Program-made: the position numbers and the translations under genes | The notes under the pieces: generated by a model | Databases searched by the model: none | What the model was told of the DNA's origin: nothing | Seen by the model: only the letters and a program-made list of their open reading frames with translations | Part shown: positions 10,423 to 19,593 of the stretch, in pieces | Layout of the letters: every line of letters begins with the position of its first letter | Numbering within the stretch: position 1 is the first letter of the stretch | Origin: Candidatus Rokuibacteriota bacterium | GTDB lineage: Bacteria > Methylomirabilota > Methylomirabilia > Rokubacteriales > CSP1-6 | NCBI GenBank assembly: GCA_016184365.1 | Contig: JACPCW010000088.1 | Location: forward strand, 12,068 to 76,067 | Direction: 5' to 3' | Length of the DNA stretch: 64,000 bases

Positions 10423-10953
10423 GTGAAAACCGTCTACACCGGCAAGGTCTGGAAGTTCGGCGACAAGATCAGCACGGACCTCATGGTCCCCGGAGCCAAG
10501 GTCCTCGCGCATCCCAACATGAGCCCGCAGGAGGCGGCGCGGTTCTGCATGAGCGCCAACCGCCCGGACTGGGCCGGGACGGTGCAGCCCGGCGACCTCC
10601 TGGTCGGCGGCGTGAACTTCGGTTGCGGTTCCAGCCGCAACGGCTCCGGGCCGCTGAAGGCGCTCGGCATCGCCTGCGTCCTCGCGGAGTCGATCTCGCG
10701 GATCCATCTTCGTAACGCCGTGAACACGGGCCTGCCCACGCTGGTGGCGCCGGGCATCACGAGCTTCGTGGAGGAGGGCCAGCGACTCCGGGTCGACATC
10801 GCCAGCGGCGAGGTGGAGAACCTCGACACCGGCAAGACGATGCGCGTCCAGGGCTGGCCGGCGGACTCGCCGCCCTTCCAGATCCTGATGGCAGGCGGGC
10901 TGGACGAGTTCATGCGGCGCAAGGTTCGCGAGGCCGGCCTGGTCGGGCGGTAG
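10423..10953 (+). CDS. aconitase-family dehydratase small subunit (second LeuD/HacB-like copy)
   Basis: GTG start; KFGDKISTDLMVP and NFGCGSSRNGS motifs. Confidence 0.85.
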   Translation: MKTVYTGKVWKFGDKISTDLMVPGAKVLAHPNMSPQEAARFCMSANRPDWAGTVQPGDLLVGGVNFGCGSSRNGSGPLKALGIACVLAESISRIHLRNAVNTGLPTLVAPGITSFVEEGQRLRVDIASGEVENLDTGKTMRVQGWPADSPPFQILMAGGLDEFMRRKVREAGLVGR

Positions 10954-11062
10954 ACCAGCCGAATCCCTGCCCGAGCCTGCGGCGGCCGACCAAGGAGATG
11001 TTGCAGAGCGCCTCGCGCCCCGCCGCCAGGCCGTGCTCGACGAACCAGCCACATCTAGGGGG

Positions 11063-11097
11063 TTGACCGTAAATGGTCTTATGGATATAACCATAAG
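11063..11097 (+). promoter_or_regulatory. sigma-70-like promoter TTGACC-N17-TATAAC overlapped by inverted repeat CTTATGG-N6-CCATAAG
   Basis: This is the only strongly AT-rich patch in the region. The -10 ends 11 nt before the gntR-family ATG, giving a very short leader or none. The palindrome at 11078-11097 is a candidate autoregulatory operator. Confidence 0.5.
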
Positions 11098-11102
11098 CCG
11101 TC

Positions 11103-11855
11103 ATGGCCGCCAGCGACGTCCGGTTCGACGACGCGACGCCCCTGCACCTGCAGCTCCGGAATCTCGTGCGCTCATCGATCGAGGCCATCGAGCACTCGCC
11201 GGGAAGCCGGCTACCGCCGGAGCGCACGCTCGCCGAGATGTACGGCGTCAGCCGTATCACGGTGCGCCAGGCGCTCGACGCACTCGCGCGCGAAGGGCTC
11301 GTGCGCCGGGGACGCGGACGGGGCGGCGGCACGTTCGTGCAGGACCACGACGGCACGGCGGGCCGGCCGAAGGTGGCGGGTTCGTTCGGCGCGTTGTATT
11401 CCTCGCGGCAGATCGAGCGTGTCGACATTCTCACATTCGCGCGGCGGGCATCGAGCGGTGAGGTGAGCACCGCGCTGGGTCTCGCGCCGGGAAGCGAGGT
11501 CCGGTACATCGAGCGCCTGTTCATCGCGCCGCGAGGCCCGTTGGCCCACGTCCGCAGCTTCCTGCCGCCGCCGATCGGCGACCGCCTCCGGCGTTCCGAG
11601 CTGCGGACGATGATGCTCCACGAGGCGCTCGTCCGGCGTCATCGCGTCAAGATCAGCGAGGCGCGCGACGAGATCGAGGCCGCCCTGGCCGACAGCGTCG
11701 CGGCGCGGCTGCTCGACGTGGAGCTCGGGCGCGCGCTCGTCCGCGTGCGCCGTGTCCTGGTGGGGCGGGGCGACAAGCCGATTGCCCTCTCGCTCATGGT
11801 GATCGCCACGCATCGGTATCAGCTCGTCATCCGCCATCCCGCGTCGCGCGAATAG
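11103..11855 (+). CDS. GntR family transcriptional regulator (HutC-like, UTRA effector domain)
   Basis: HTH ERTLAEMYGVSRITVRQALDALAREGLVRRGRGRGGGTFV followed by a ~150-aa effector domain. Confidence 0.85.
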   Translation: MAASDVRFDDATPLHLQLRNLVRSSIEAIEHSPGSRLPPERTLAEMYGVSRITVRQALDALAREGLVRRGRGRGGGTFVQDHDGTAGRPKVAGSFGALYSSRQIERVDILTFARRASSGEVSTALGLAPGSEVRYIERLFIAPRGPLAHVRSFLPPPIGDRLRRSELRTMMLHEALVRRHRVKISEARDEIEAALADSVAARLLDVELGRALVRVRRVLVGRGDKPIALSLMVIATHRYQLVIRHPASRE

Positions 11856-11914
11856 AACTCACACGGAAAGCCAGGCCCCATGAAGAAATCGACCGTGCCG
11901 CGCGCGCTGTTCCA

Positions 11915-12080
11915 GGGGAACGAACGAGTTACGTCGACCGCACCCGCGACCACCCGCTCGGCAGCTTCCGGGTCTTCGATCTGACGGGATTTGCGAAGGT
12001 GCGCGAATGGCAGCAACGGTATCTGTCTCCTGAGAAGGCTGGCGAAGTACGACCAGTCGATCGGCGCCTACGAACCCTGA
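11915..12080 (+). pseudogene. frameshifted C-terminal remnant of an ICL/PEPM paralog
   Basis: Translates to GERTSYVDRTRDHPLGSFRVFDLTGFAKVREWQQRYLSPEK. After a +1 shift it continues LAKYDQSIGAYEP-stop. This matches the tail of the CDS at 2-469 nearly residue for residue. Confidence 0.75.
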
Positions 12081-12095
12081 GAGGGGAGCGACAAC

Positions 12096-12974
12096 ATGAC
12101 GAACGGTCCTCGTGCGCTCCGCACCCTGCTGGCCGGCCCCGACGTCGTCGTGGCCCCCGGCTGCTACGACGCGTTTTCCGCGGTCGTGGCGCGAGAAGCG
12201 GGCTTCAACGCCGTCTACATGTCGGGCGGGCTGTCGGCCACGTCACTGTGCGGGATGGGTGACATCGGCATCCGCACGCTGTCCGAGCTCGTGCTGCAGG
12301 CGCGCCACATCTGCAACGTCGTCGACGTGCCGGTGATCGCCGACGGCGACGCCGGCTACGGTGGCCCGGTGAACACGTTCCGCCTGATCCGCGACCTCGA
12401 GGACGCGGGCGTCGCCGGCCTGCACCTCGAGGACCAAGACCTGCCCCGCCGCTGCGGCCATCTCTCGGGCAAGCGCCTGGTGTCCGCGGACGAGCACGTG
12501 CTGCGGATCCGCGCCGCCGTCGACGCGCGACGCAACCCCGACTTCGTGATCATCGCGCGGACCGATGCCGTCGCGGTGACGGGGCTGGACGACGCGATCG
12601 CGCGTGCCCAGCGGTACGTGGAAGCGGGCGCCGACGTGGCGTTCATCGAGGCGCTCGAGACGCGCGAGCAGATGACGCGGGCGATCCGCGACGTCAAGGC
12701 GCCGCACCTCGCGAACATGGTCGAGGGCGGCAAGACGCCGAACCTGCCCATCCGCGAGCTCGCCGACATCGGCTTCAAGCTCGTGATCTACCCGTGGTCG
12801 GGATTCGGCGCGGCCTTCAAGGCGATGCGCGCCGTGTGGGCCGAGCTCCGGCGCACCGGCACCACTACGGGGTTCGCCGACCGCATGGAGCCGCTGACGG
12901 AATGGTCGGGCCTGCTCCAGACGGACCGGCTGCTGCGCGACTACGAGCGCTACGTCCTGCCGGACGCGCGCTGA
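12096..12974 (+). CDS. ICL/PEPM superfamily lyase with canonical RRCGH catalytic loop (methylisocitrate/dimethylmalate lyase-like)
   Basis: DGDAGYGG, EDQDLPRRCGH and ARTDA motifs. Confidence 0.85.
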   Translation: MTNGPRALRTLLAGPDVVVAPGCYDAFSAVVAREAGFNAVYMSGGLSATSLCGMGDIGIRTLSELVLQARHICNVVDVPVIADGDAGYGGPVNTFRLIRDLEDAGVAGLHLEDQDLPRRCGHLSGKRLVSADEHVLRIRAAVDARRNPDFVIIARTDAVAVTGLDDAIARAQRYVEAGADVAFIEALETREQMTRAIRDVKAPHLANMVEGGKTPNLPIRELADIGFKLVIYPWSGFGAAFKAMRAVWAELRRTGTTTGFADRMEPLTEWSGLLQTDRLLRDYERYVLPDAR

Positions 12975-12978
12975 TCCC

Positions 12979-14757
12979 ATGATTCCAAACCAGGAGAAGT
13001 CGATGGATTCGCATTGCCTGAGCCGCCGCTCGTTCCTCGGACTGGCCCCGTCGATCCTCGGCGCCGCCGCCGTGCCGACCGCGTTCTTCGAGTCCGTCGC
13101 GTCCGCGGCCGTCGCCGGACGCCCAGTGCCGGAGCTGGTGCTGTCGCACCAGACGACGGGCGGCGAGCCCGAGATGGCGCGGAAGCTGTCCGAGGACCTC
13201 GAGAAGCTGGGACTGCGCATGAAGCTGCGCCCGCTGTCGCTGCAGGCCTGGCTCGACGCGATGACCCAGCGCACCTACGGCGACATGACGAACCGCGTGA
13301 AGACGCCGCTCCCGCAGCGCATCGCGGACCCGGAGTCGTTGCTCTTCGAGACGTATCACTCGAGCCAGGCGCAGTCACCGCGGTACAACTTCGGCAACTA
13401 CAAGCAGCCGGAGTTCGACAAGTGGTACGAGCTCCAGGCGCGGGAGTTCGATCCCAAGAAGCGACTCGAGTACATCGGCCGAGCGGCGAACGTCATCGGC
13501 GCCGACTACTTCGACTGCTTCCGCGGCAACGGCCCCAGCGTGCTCCACGTCTACAACAAGGACTGGACGGGCGGGATCGGCACCGCCGGCTACGGGCTCG
13601 CCGGAACGGCCTTCAACTGGACGTGGCCGCTCATCCGCTCGGCATCGGGCAAGCGCCGCGTGGTGGTGGGACAGCCGAGCATGCGCGCGCACACCAACCC
13701 GTTCGCACCGGACGGATGGTCGTACGAAGGGCAGTACGTCTTCGACCGGCTCGCCACCCTCGACGAGAACCTCAAGATCATCCCGTGGGCGCTCGAGTCG
13801 TTCGGCTCGAAGGACGCCGTCACGTGGGACGTCGTGCTGCGGCGCGGCATGAAGTGGCACGACGGGCGGCCGGTGACGGTGGACGATCTCAAGTGGACGT
13901 TCGACTTCATCCTGGCGCACAAGCCGTCGTTCTTCTCGCCGGTGTGGGACAACGTCGCATCCGTGACGGTCACCGATCCGGCCAGGCAGGCCGTGCGCAT
14001 CGTGTGCAAGCAGCCGTACGCGTCGTTCCCCGCCGCGGTGCTCGTCTTCACGTCGCTCTATCCCCGCCACGTCATCGAGCCGATGATGCGCGAGCAGGGC
14101 GTGAGCAAGCCGCACGAGCTGCGCTTCGAGTCGCGGCACGTCGTCGGCAGCGGGTTTTTCAAGCTCAAGCGGTACACGCGCGACGTCGAGATGGTCTACG
14201 AGGCGAACAAGGACCACTGGTTTGCGCCGAAGGGCGTCGACGAGTTGGTGTGGAAGGTCGTCCGCACCGTCGACGCGATGATGGGCCAGCTCCAGAACCG
14301 CGAGATCGACTTCGCGTACATGAGCTTCACGCCGAGCCAGGTCAAGGAGCTGCTCAAGAGCCCGTACCTGGCCGTCAAGGAGCATCCGACGACGGCGGCG
14401 CCGTACTACACGTTCCGGATCGACCAGCTCCCGTGGCGCGACATCGAGTTCCGGAAGGCCTTCCACTGGTCCGTCGACCGCAACTACCAGGTGCAGGTGA
14501 TGTGGGAAGGCGCCGGGCGCGTGGTCACGGAGGATTCGGTGTTCGTCCCGAGCCATCCCTTCTACACGCCCGTCGAGACCAAGCACGGCTACGACCTCCA
14601 GCGCGCCCGGCAGATCCTGAAGGACGCCGGCTACACGTGGGACGGGAGCGGCCGACTGGTTCTTCCGGTGGACGGCGATCCGAACTTCCGCAAGCGGGTG
14701 AACGACGTGGTGATTCAGTACCCGGGACAGAAGAACCTCTACGCGCCGGTGCTGTAG
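12979..14757 (+). CDS. ABC transporter substrate-binding protein, family 5, with Tat-type signal
   Basis: SRRSFLGLAP twin-arginine motif and VVLRRGMKWHDGRPVTVDDL family-5 core. Alternative start at 13003. Confidence 0.8.
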   Translation: MIPNQEKSMDSHCLSRRSFLGLAPSILGAAAVPTAFFESVASAAVAGRPVPELVLSHQTTGGEPEMARKLSEDLEKLGLRMKLRPLSLQAWLDAMTQRTYGDMTNRVKTPLPQRIADPESLLFETYHSSQAQSPRYNFGNYKQPEFDKWYELQAREFDPKKRLEYIGRAANVIGADYFDCFRGNGPSVLHVYNKDWTGGIGTAGYGLAGTAFNWTWPLIRSASGKRRVVVGQPSMRAHTNPFAPDGWSYEGQYVFDRLATLDENLKIIPWALESFGSKDAVTWDVVLRRGMKWHDGRPVTVDDLKWTFDFILAHKPSFFSPVWDNVASVTVTDPARQAVRIVCKQPYASFPAAVLVFTSLYPRHVIEPMMREQGVSKPHELRFESRHVVGSGFFKLKRYTRDVEMVYEANKDHWFAPKGVDELVWKVVRTVDAMMGQLQNREIDFAYMSFTPSQVKELLKSPYLAVKEHPTTAAPYYTFRIDQLPWRDIEFRKAFHWSVDRNYQVQVMWEGAGRVVTEDSVFVPSHPFYTPVETKHGYDLQRARQILKDAGYTWDGSGRLVLPVDGDPNFRKRVNDVVIQYPGQKNLYAPVL

Positions 14758-14769
14758 GACGCGCCCGCG

Positions 14770-15753
14770 GTGAGACGGTTCCTTGCCGCGCGGATCCTTC
14801 TCATGGGGTTCGTGCTGTTCATGATCGCCACGCTCATGTTCGGGATGTTCGTGCTGCTGCCCGGCGATCCGGCGGCGAGCTTCGTCGAGGAGGGGCTGTC
14901 GCGGAAGGCCCTCGAGCGCCAGCGGGAGCTGTGGGGCCTCGACGCGCCGCTCCACGTCCAGTACCTGCGCTATCTCGGCAACGTGGCGACGCTGGAGTTC
15001 GGCGTCTCGTTCCGCGCGCAGGTGCCGGTGCGCGAGGTGCTGGTCGAGAAGTTCCTGAACTCGATCGCGATGATGCTGCCGGCGCTGATCCTCATCATGG
15101 TGGGCGGCACGGTGATCGGCGCGTACCTCGGCTGGCGGCGCGGCACGGCCGTCGAGAAGACGGCCGTGCTCGCCGGTCTCGCCGTGGAGTCCATGCCGTC
15201 GTTCTTCGCCGGCATCGTGATGCTGATGCTGTTCTCGTATGGCCTCGGATGGCTGCCGTCGTCGGGGATGGGGCCGTCGGGCTCCGGCGGCTCGTTCGTG
15301 GCGACGGTCTTTTCGAGCGACTTCCCGCGTTACGCCGCGCTGCCCGTCCTCACGCTCGCCGTCCGCGGCGTGAACGGCCCGATGCTGCTGATGCGGACGA
15401 GCATGATCGAGATCCGCGGCTCGGACTTCCTCATGCTGCTGGAGGCGAAAGGCGTGTCCGAGCTGCGGATCGTCCGGCACGCGGTGCGGAACGCGATCCT
15501 GCCGATGATCACGTACTTCGGCGTGCTGATCGGGACGCTCTTCCAGGGCCAGGTGCTGCTCGAGACGGTGTTCGGGTGGCCGGGCATCGGGCGCGCGGTC
15601 GTAGATGCGCTCGCCGCGCGCGACTTCCCCGTCCTCCAGGGCGCGTTCTTCTTCACCGCTATCGTCGTCGTCGGCATGAACCTGGTGGTCGACGTCCTCT
15701 ACGGCTACCTCGATCCGCGCGTCCGGGTGACCGGGGACGAGGTCCGCGCGTGA
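14770..15753 (+). CDS. ABC transporter permease (DppB-like)
   Basis: GTG start, 327 aa, multi-TM. Confidence 0.85.
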   Translation: MRRFLAARILLMGFVLFMIATLMFGMFVLLPGDPAASFVEEGLSRKALERQRELWGLDAPLHVQYLRYLGNVATLEFGVSFRAQVPVREVLVEKFLNSIAMMLPALILIMVGGTVIGAYLGWRRGTAVEKTAVLAGLAVESMPSFFAGIVMLMLFSYGLGWLPSSGMGPSGSGGSFVATVFSSDFPRYAALPVLTLAVRGVNGPMLLMRTSMIEIRGSDFLMLLEAKGVSELRIVRHAVRNAILPMITYFGVLIGTLFQGQVLLETVFGWPGIGRAVVDALAARDFPVLQGAFFFTAIVVVGMNLVVDVLYGYLDPRVRVTGDEVRA

Positions 15754-16613
15754 CCCGTCGCGTGCTCGCCGGCAGCCGCGCGCTCGTCGGTGACCCGCTG
15801 ACGGCCGTCGCGTCGGTGGGGCTCGCCGTCTTCGTGCTCCTCGCCGTTTTCGGCCCCTCGCTCGCGCCGCACAAGCCGTTCGAGACGCTGTCGGACGCCG
15901 GCGGACTCCCGCTTCGTCTGAAGGCGCCCGGACCCGGGCACTGGCTCGGCACGACGACGCGCGGGCACGACGTGCTCTCGCAGATGATGCATGGCGCCCG
16001 CATCGCGTTCATCGTGGGCGTGATGTCGGCCGTGGTCGCGGGCCTGATCGGCGCCGCGATCGGGCTGCTGTCCGGCTACTACGGGCGCACCGTGGACCAG
16101 GTGCTCATGCGGCTGACCGATGTCGCGTTCGGGATTCCGACGCTTCCGTTCGCCCTCATCGTCGTCGGCATCCTCGGGCCCGGCGTGCTCAACACCATCG
16201 CCGTCATCGCCGCCATCCTCTGGCGCACGCAGGCGCGCGTGATCCGCTCTCAGGTGCTGACCATCAAGGAGCGGGCGTACATCCGCGCCGCGCGGATCGC
16301 CGGCGCCGGACACGGACGCATCATGCTGCTCCACATCGGGCCGAACATCCTGCCGTTCCTGCTGCTCTACCTGGCGCTCTCCGTCGCGCAGAGCGTGCTG
16401 CTCGAGGCCGGGCTGAGCTTCCTCGGCTTCAGCGACCCGCGCGTCATCACGTGGGGCGGGATGCTGAACGCCGCGTTCGAGGCCGGCGCGGTCCGGACGG
16501 CGTGGTGGTGGGTGCTGCCGCCGGGCCTCGCGCTGTCCGTTGTCGTCGTGTCCTCGTTCGTCGTCGTCCGGCAGTTCGAGGAAGCCGTCAACCCCCGGCT
16601 GCGGACGGTCTGA
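15750..16613 (+). CDS. ABC transporter permease (DppC-like)
   Basis: GTGA overlap with the upstream stop. GTTTRGHDVLSQMMHGARIAF motif. Embedded in a long spurious ORF. Confidence 0.85.
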   Translation: MTRRVLAGSRALVGDPLTAVASVGLAVFVLLAVFGPSLAPHKPFETLSDAGGLPLRLKAPGPGHWLGTTTRGHDVLSQMMHGARIAFIVGVMSAVVAGLIGAAIGLLSGYYGRTVDQVLMRLTDVAFGIPTLPFALIVVGILGPGVLNTIAVIAAILWRTQARVIRSQVLTIKERAYIRAARIAGAGHGRIMLLHIGPNILPFLLLYLALSVAQSVLLEAGLSFLGFSDPRVITWGGMLNAAFEAGAVRTAWWWVLPPGLALSVVVVSSFVVVRQFEEAVNPRLRTV

Positions 16614-16614
16614 G

Positions 16615-17622
16615 ATGCCGCTCCTCGCGATCGAGCGCCTGCGCGTCGAGTACCAGACGCGCGCCGGGGTCGCCCGCGCCCTCGACGACGTGTCGCTGAC
16701 GCTCGGCGACAACGAGTGCCTCGGGCTCGTCGGTGAATCCGGATGCGGCAAGAGCACGCTGGCGCTCGCCGTGCTGCGGGTCCTGCCGCCGAACGGACGG
16801 ATCGCGTCGGGTCGCATCGTGCTCGATGGAACGGACGTCACCGTGCTGTCGCCGCGTGAGCTGCGCCGGCTCCGGTGGGAGCGGATGGCGCTCGTGCCTC
16901 AGAGCTCGATGAACGCGCTCGATCCCGTGTACCGGATCGGCGGCCAGATCGCGGAAGCGATCCGCGCCCATCGCTCGACCCCGGCGGTCGAGGCACGCCG
17001 AGCCGCGGGTGACCTGCTCGCGCTCACCGAGGTGCATCGCGAGCGGATCGACCACTACCCGCACGAGCTGAGCGGCGGCACCCGGCAGCGCGTCGCCATC
17101 GCGATGGCGCTGGCGCTTGGCCCCGCGCTGCTCGTCGCCGACGAGCCGACGACCGGCCTCGACGTGATCGTGCAGGACCAGATCCTGCGACGCCTGCGCG
17201 AGCTGCGGCGCGACCGCGGGATGGCGGTGCTGCTCATCACGCACGACATGGGCGTCGTCGCCGAGAACTGCGACCGGGTCGCGGTGATGTACTCCGGCCG
17301 CGTGGTGGAGCAGGGCGCCGTGGGGCCCGTGTTCGCGGAACCTCTCCACCCGTACACGATGGGCCTGCGCAACGCGTTCCCGAACCTCCTCGCCGACGCG
17401 GCGGAGCTGATCTCCATTCCGGGCAGCCCGCCGAACCTCGTCGAGCCGCCCGCCGGCTGCCGCTTCGCGGACCGATGCCCGTTCGTGCTGGAGCGCTGCC
17501 GGACGACCGACCCTCCGCTCGTGGAAGGCGCGCCCGGTCACTGGACGGCCTGCCTGCGATGGCGCGAAGCAGACGAGCTCCGCGGGAGGGCTCGATCCGG
17601 AGCGACATGGCAGACCGCGTGA
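16615..17622 (+). CDS. ABC transporter ATP-binding protein (DppD/OppD-like)
   Basis: Walker A GESGCGKST, signature LSGGTRQR, and a C-terminal oligopeptide-type extension with CRFADRCP. Confidence 0.9.
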   Translation: MPLLAIERLRVEYQTRAGVARALDDVSLTLGDNECLGLVGESGCGKSTLALAVLRVLPPNGRIASGRIVLDGTDVTVLSPRELRRLRWERMALVPQSSMNALDPVYRIGGQIAEAIRAHRSTPAVEARRAAGDLLALTEVHRERIDHYPHELSGGTRQRVAIAMALALGPALLVADEPTTGLDVIVQDQILRRLRELRRDRGMAVLLITHDMGVVAENCDRVAVMYSGRVVEQGAVGPVFAEPLHPYTMGLRNAFPNLLADAAELISIPGSPPNLVEPPAGCRFADRCPFVLERCRTTDPPLVEGAPGHWTACLRWREADELRGRARSGATWQTA

Positions 17623-18659
17623 TCATCAGCGTGCGCGACCTGCGCGTCTGGTTCCCCGTGCGCCGCACGTTCGTCGACGCCGTTCTGCGGGGCGGGTCCG
17701 GCCGGTTCCTGCGCGCCGTCGACGGCGTGAGCTTCGACCTCCGTCCCGGCGAGATCCTCGGGCTCGCCGGCGAGAGCGGCTGCGGCAAGAGCACGCTCGC
17801 GATGACGCTGCTCGGCCTGAACCGCCCGACGGCGGGTCGCGTCGAGTTTCTTGGCGAGGACCTCACGACATGGATCGCGACGAAACCCGACACGTTTCGT
17901 CGCTCGGCGCAGCTCGTCTTCCAGGATCCGTACGAGTCGCTCAACCCGCGATTCACGGTGGGCCAGACCGTGGAGGAGCCGCTGGTCATCCACGGGCTCG
18001 ATGACGCGACGGGGCGCCGCCGCTGCGCTGCGGAAACGCTCGAGCTCGCCGGGCTGACGCCCGCGCGGCAGTTCCTGCCGCTCTACCCGCATCAGCTGAG
18101 CGGCGGCCAGCGGCAGCGCATCGCGCTCGCCCGCGCCGTGGTGCTGCGGCCGCGGTTCCTCGTCACCGACGAGCCAGTCTCGATGCTGGACGTGTCGGTG
18201 CGCGCGGGAATCCTGCGACTGCTGAAGTCGTTCGCGCGCGATCTGGGCGTGGCGATCCTCTACATCAGCCACGATCTGTCGACGATGAGGCACATCTCCG
18301 ACCGGATCGCCGTGATGTACCTCGGCCGGATCGTGGAGCTCGCCGCGGCCGATGCGATCGTGAGCCGGCCCCGGCATCCCTATACGCAGGCGCTCATGGC
18401 GTCCGTGCCGATCCCGGATCCGGCGCGCCGTCGCGTGCCGCCGCGGATCGATGGGAGCATCCCGAGTCCGATCGGCGAGTTCGCGGGCTGTGCGTTCGCC
18501 AGCCGCTGCCCGCACGTGATGGACGTCTGCCGGCACACCGTGCCGGCGTTGCGCCCGGTCGGGGCTGGTCATGCCGCCGCGTGTCATCTGCACGACGTCA
18601 CTCCCGCCGAGGCGGGAATCTCGAAAGGAGAAACGAATGACCCTGTTGTCCAGAGGTGA
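17607..18659 (+). CDS. ABC transporter ATP-binding protein (DppF/OppF-like)
   Basis: Walker A GESGCGKST, signature LSGGQRQR, C-terminal CAFASRCP. Confidence 0.9.
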   Translation: MADRVIISVRDLRVWFPVRRTFVDAVLRGGSGRFLRAVDGVSFDLRPGEILGLAGESGCGKSTLAMTLLGLNRPTAGRVEFLGEDLTTWIATKPDTFRRSAQLVFQDPYESLNPRFTVGQTVEEPLVIHGLDDATGRRRCAAETLELAGLTPARQFLPLYPHQLSGGQRQRIALARAVVLRPRFLVTDEPVSMLDVSVRAGILRLLKSFARDLGVAILYISHDLSTMRHISDRIAVMYLGRIVELAAADAIVSRPRHPYTQALMASVPIPDPARRRVPPRIDGSIPSPIGEFAGCAFASRCPHVMDVCRHTVPALRPVGAGHAAACHLHDVTPAEAGISKGETNDPVVQR

Positions 18660-19593
18660 ACAGCTGCGCGCATTGATCGAACGCCCGGAGATCCTGGTGA
18701 TGCCCGGCTGCGCCAACGCGCTGCAAGCCGTGATGATCGAGAAGGCCGGGTTCGAGGCGGCCTACATGTCCGGCGCCGCCACGGCGGCGAATCTCATCGG
18801 CATGCCGGACGCCGGCTTCACGAGCCTGACCGAAGTGGTCATGAATGCGCGGTACATCGCGGGCGCCATCAACCTCCCGCTGCTGGCCGACTCGGACACC
18901 GGGTACGGCAACGCCGTCAACGTGCGCCGTACCGTCCACGAGTTCATCAGGGCCGGCGTGGGTGGTATCCACATCGAGGACCAGGTGTTCCCGAAGCGCT
19001 GCGGGTTTGTCTCGGGGAAGGAGGTCGTCCCGATCGGGGAGGCGGTGGGCAAGTATCGCGCCGCCGTCGCCGCGCGCGACGAGCTCGATCCCGGGTTCGT
19101 GATCATCGCGCGCACCGATGCCCGCACCGCGGTGGGCGGCGGGCTCGAGGAAGCGATCACGCGGGCCAAGGCGTACCGGGCGGCCGGGGCCGACGTGGCC
19201 TATTTCGAGGCGCCGCAGTCCGTCGACGAGATCAAGGCGTTCGTGGCCGAGGTCAAGGGCCCGGTCATGGCCACGCTGGTCGCGCTCGACCCGGCACCGA
19301 CGTGGGAGGAGCTCGAGTCCCTCGGCGTCAGCGTCGCGTTCTATCCCGCCCACGGCATGATGGCCGGCAACGTCGCCAACTGGGACTTCCTGCAGGACTT
19401 CAGGAAGCGCGGCCCGCAGGCGGAAGCGGAGCTGAAGGCGCGGACGAAGGGGCATCCGGTCGCCGGGTTCGCGCTCTTCGACCTCGTCGGGTTCCCGAAA
19501 GTGCGCGAGATGGAGGAGCGCTACCTGCCGGTCGAGCACCGGGAGAAGTACGAGCGGTCGACCGGAATGTACACGCCAGGGAGGACGTCGTGA
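18637..19593 (+). CDS. ICL/PEPM superfamily protein, KRCGF loop type
   Basis: AAAGGAG Shine-Dalgarno before ATG 18637. DSDTGYGN, EDQVFPKRCGF and ARTDA motifs; tail FDLVGFPKVREMEERYLP. Confidence 0.85.
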   Translation: MTLLSRGEQLRALIERPEILVMPGCANALQAVMIEKAGFEAAYMSGAATAANLIGMPDAGFTSLTEVVMNARYIAGAINLPLLADSDTGYGNAVNVRRTVHEFIRAGVGGIHIEDQVFPKRCGFVSGKEVVPIGEAVGKYRAAVAARDELDPGFVIIARTDARTAVGGGLEEAITRAKAYRAAGADVAYFEAPQSVDEIKAFVAEVKGPVMATLVALDPAPTWEELESLGVSVAFYPAHGMMAGNVANWDFLQDFRKRGPQAEAELKARTKGHPVAGFALFDLVGFPKVREMEERYLPVEHREKYERSTGMYTPGRTS

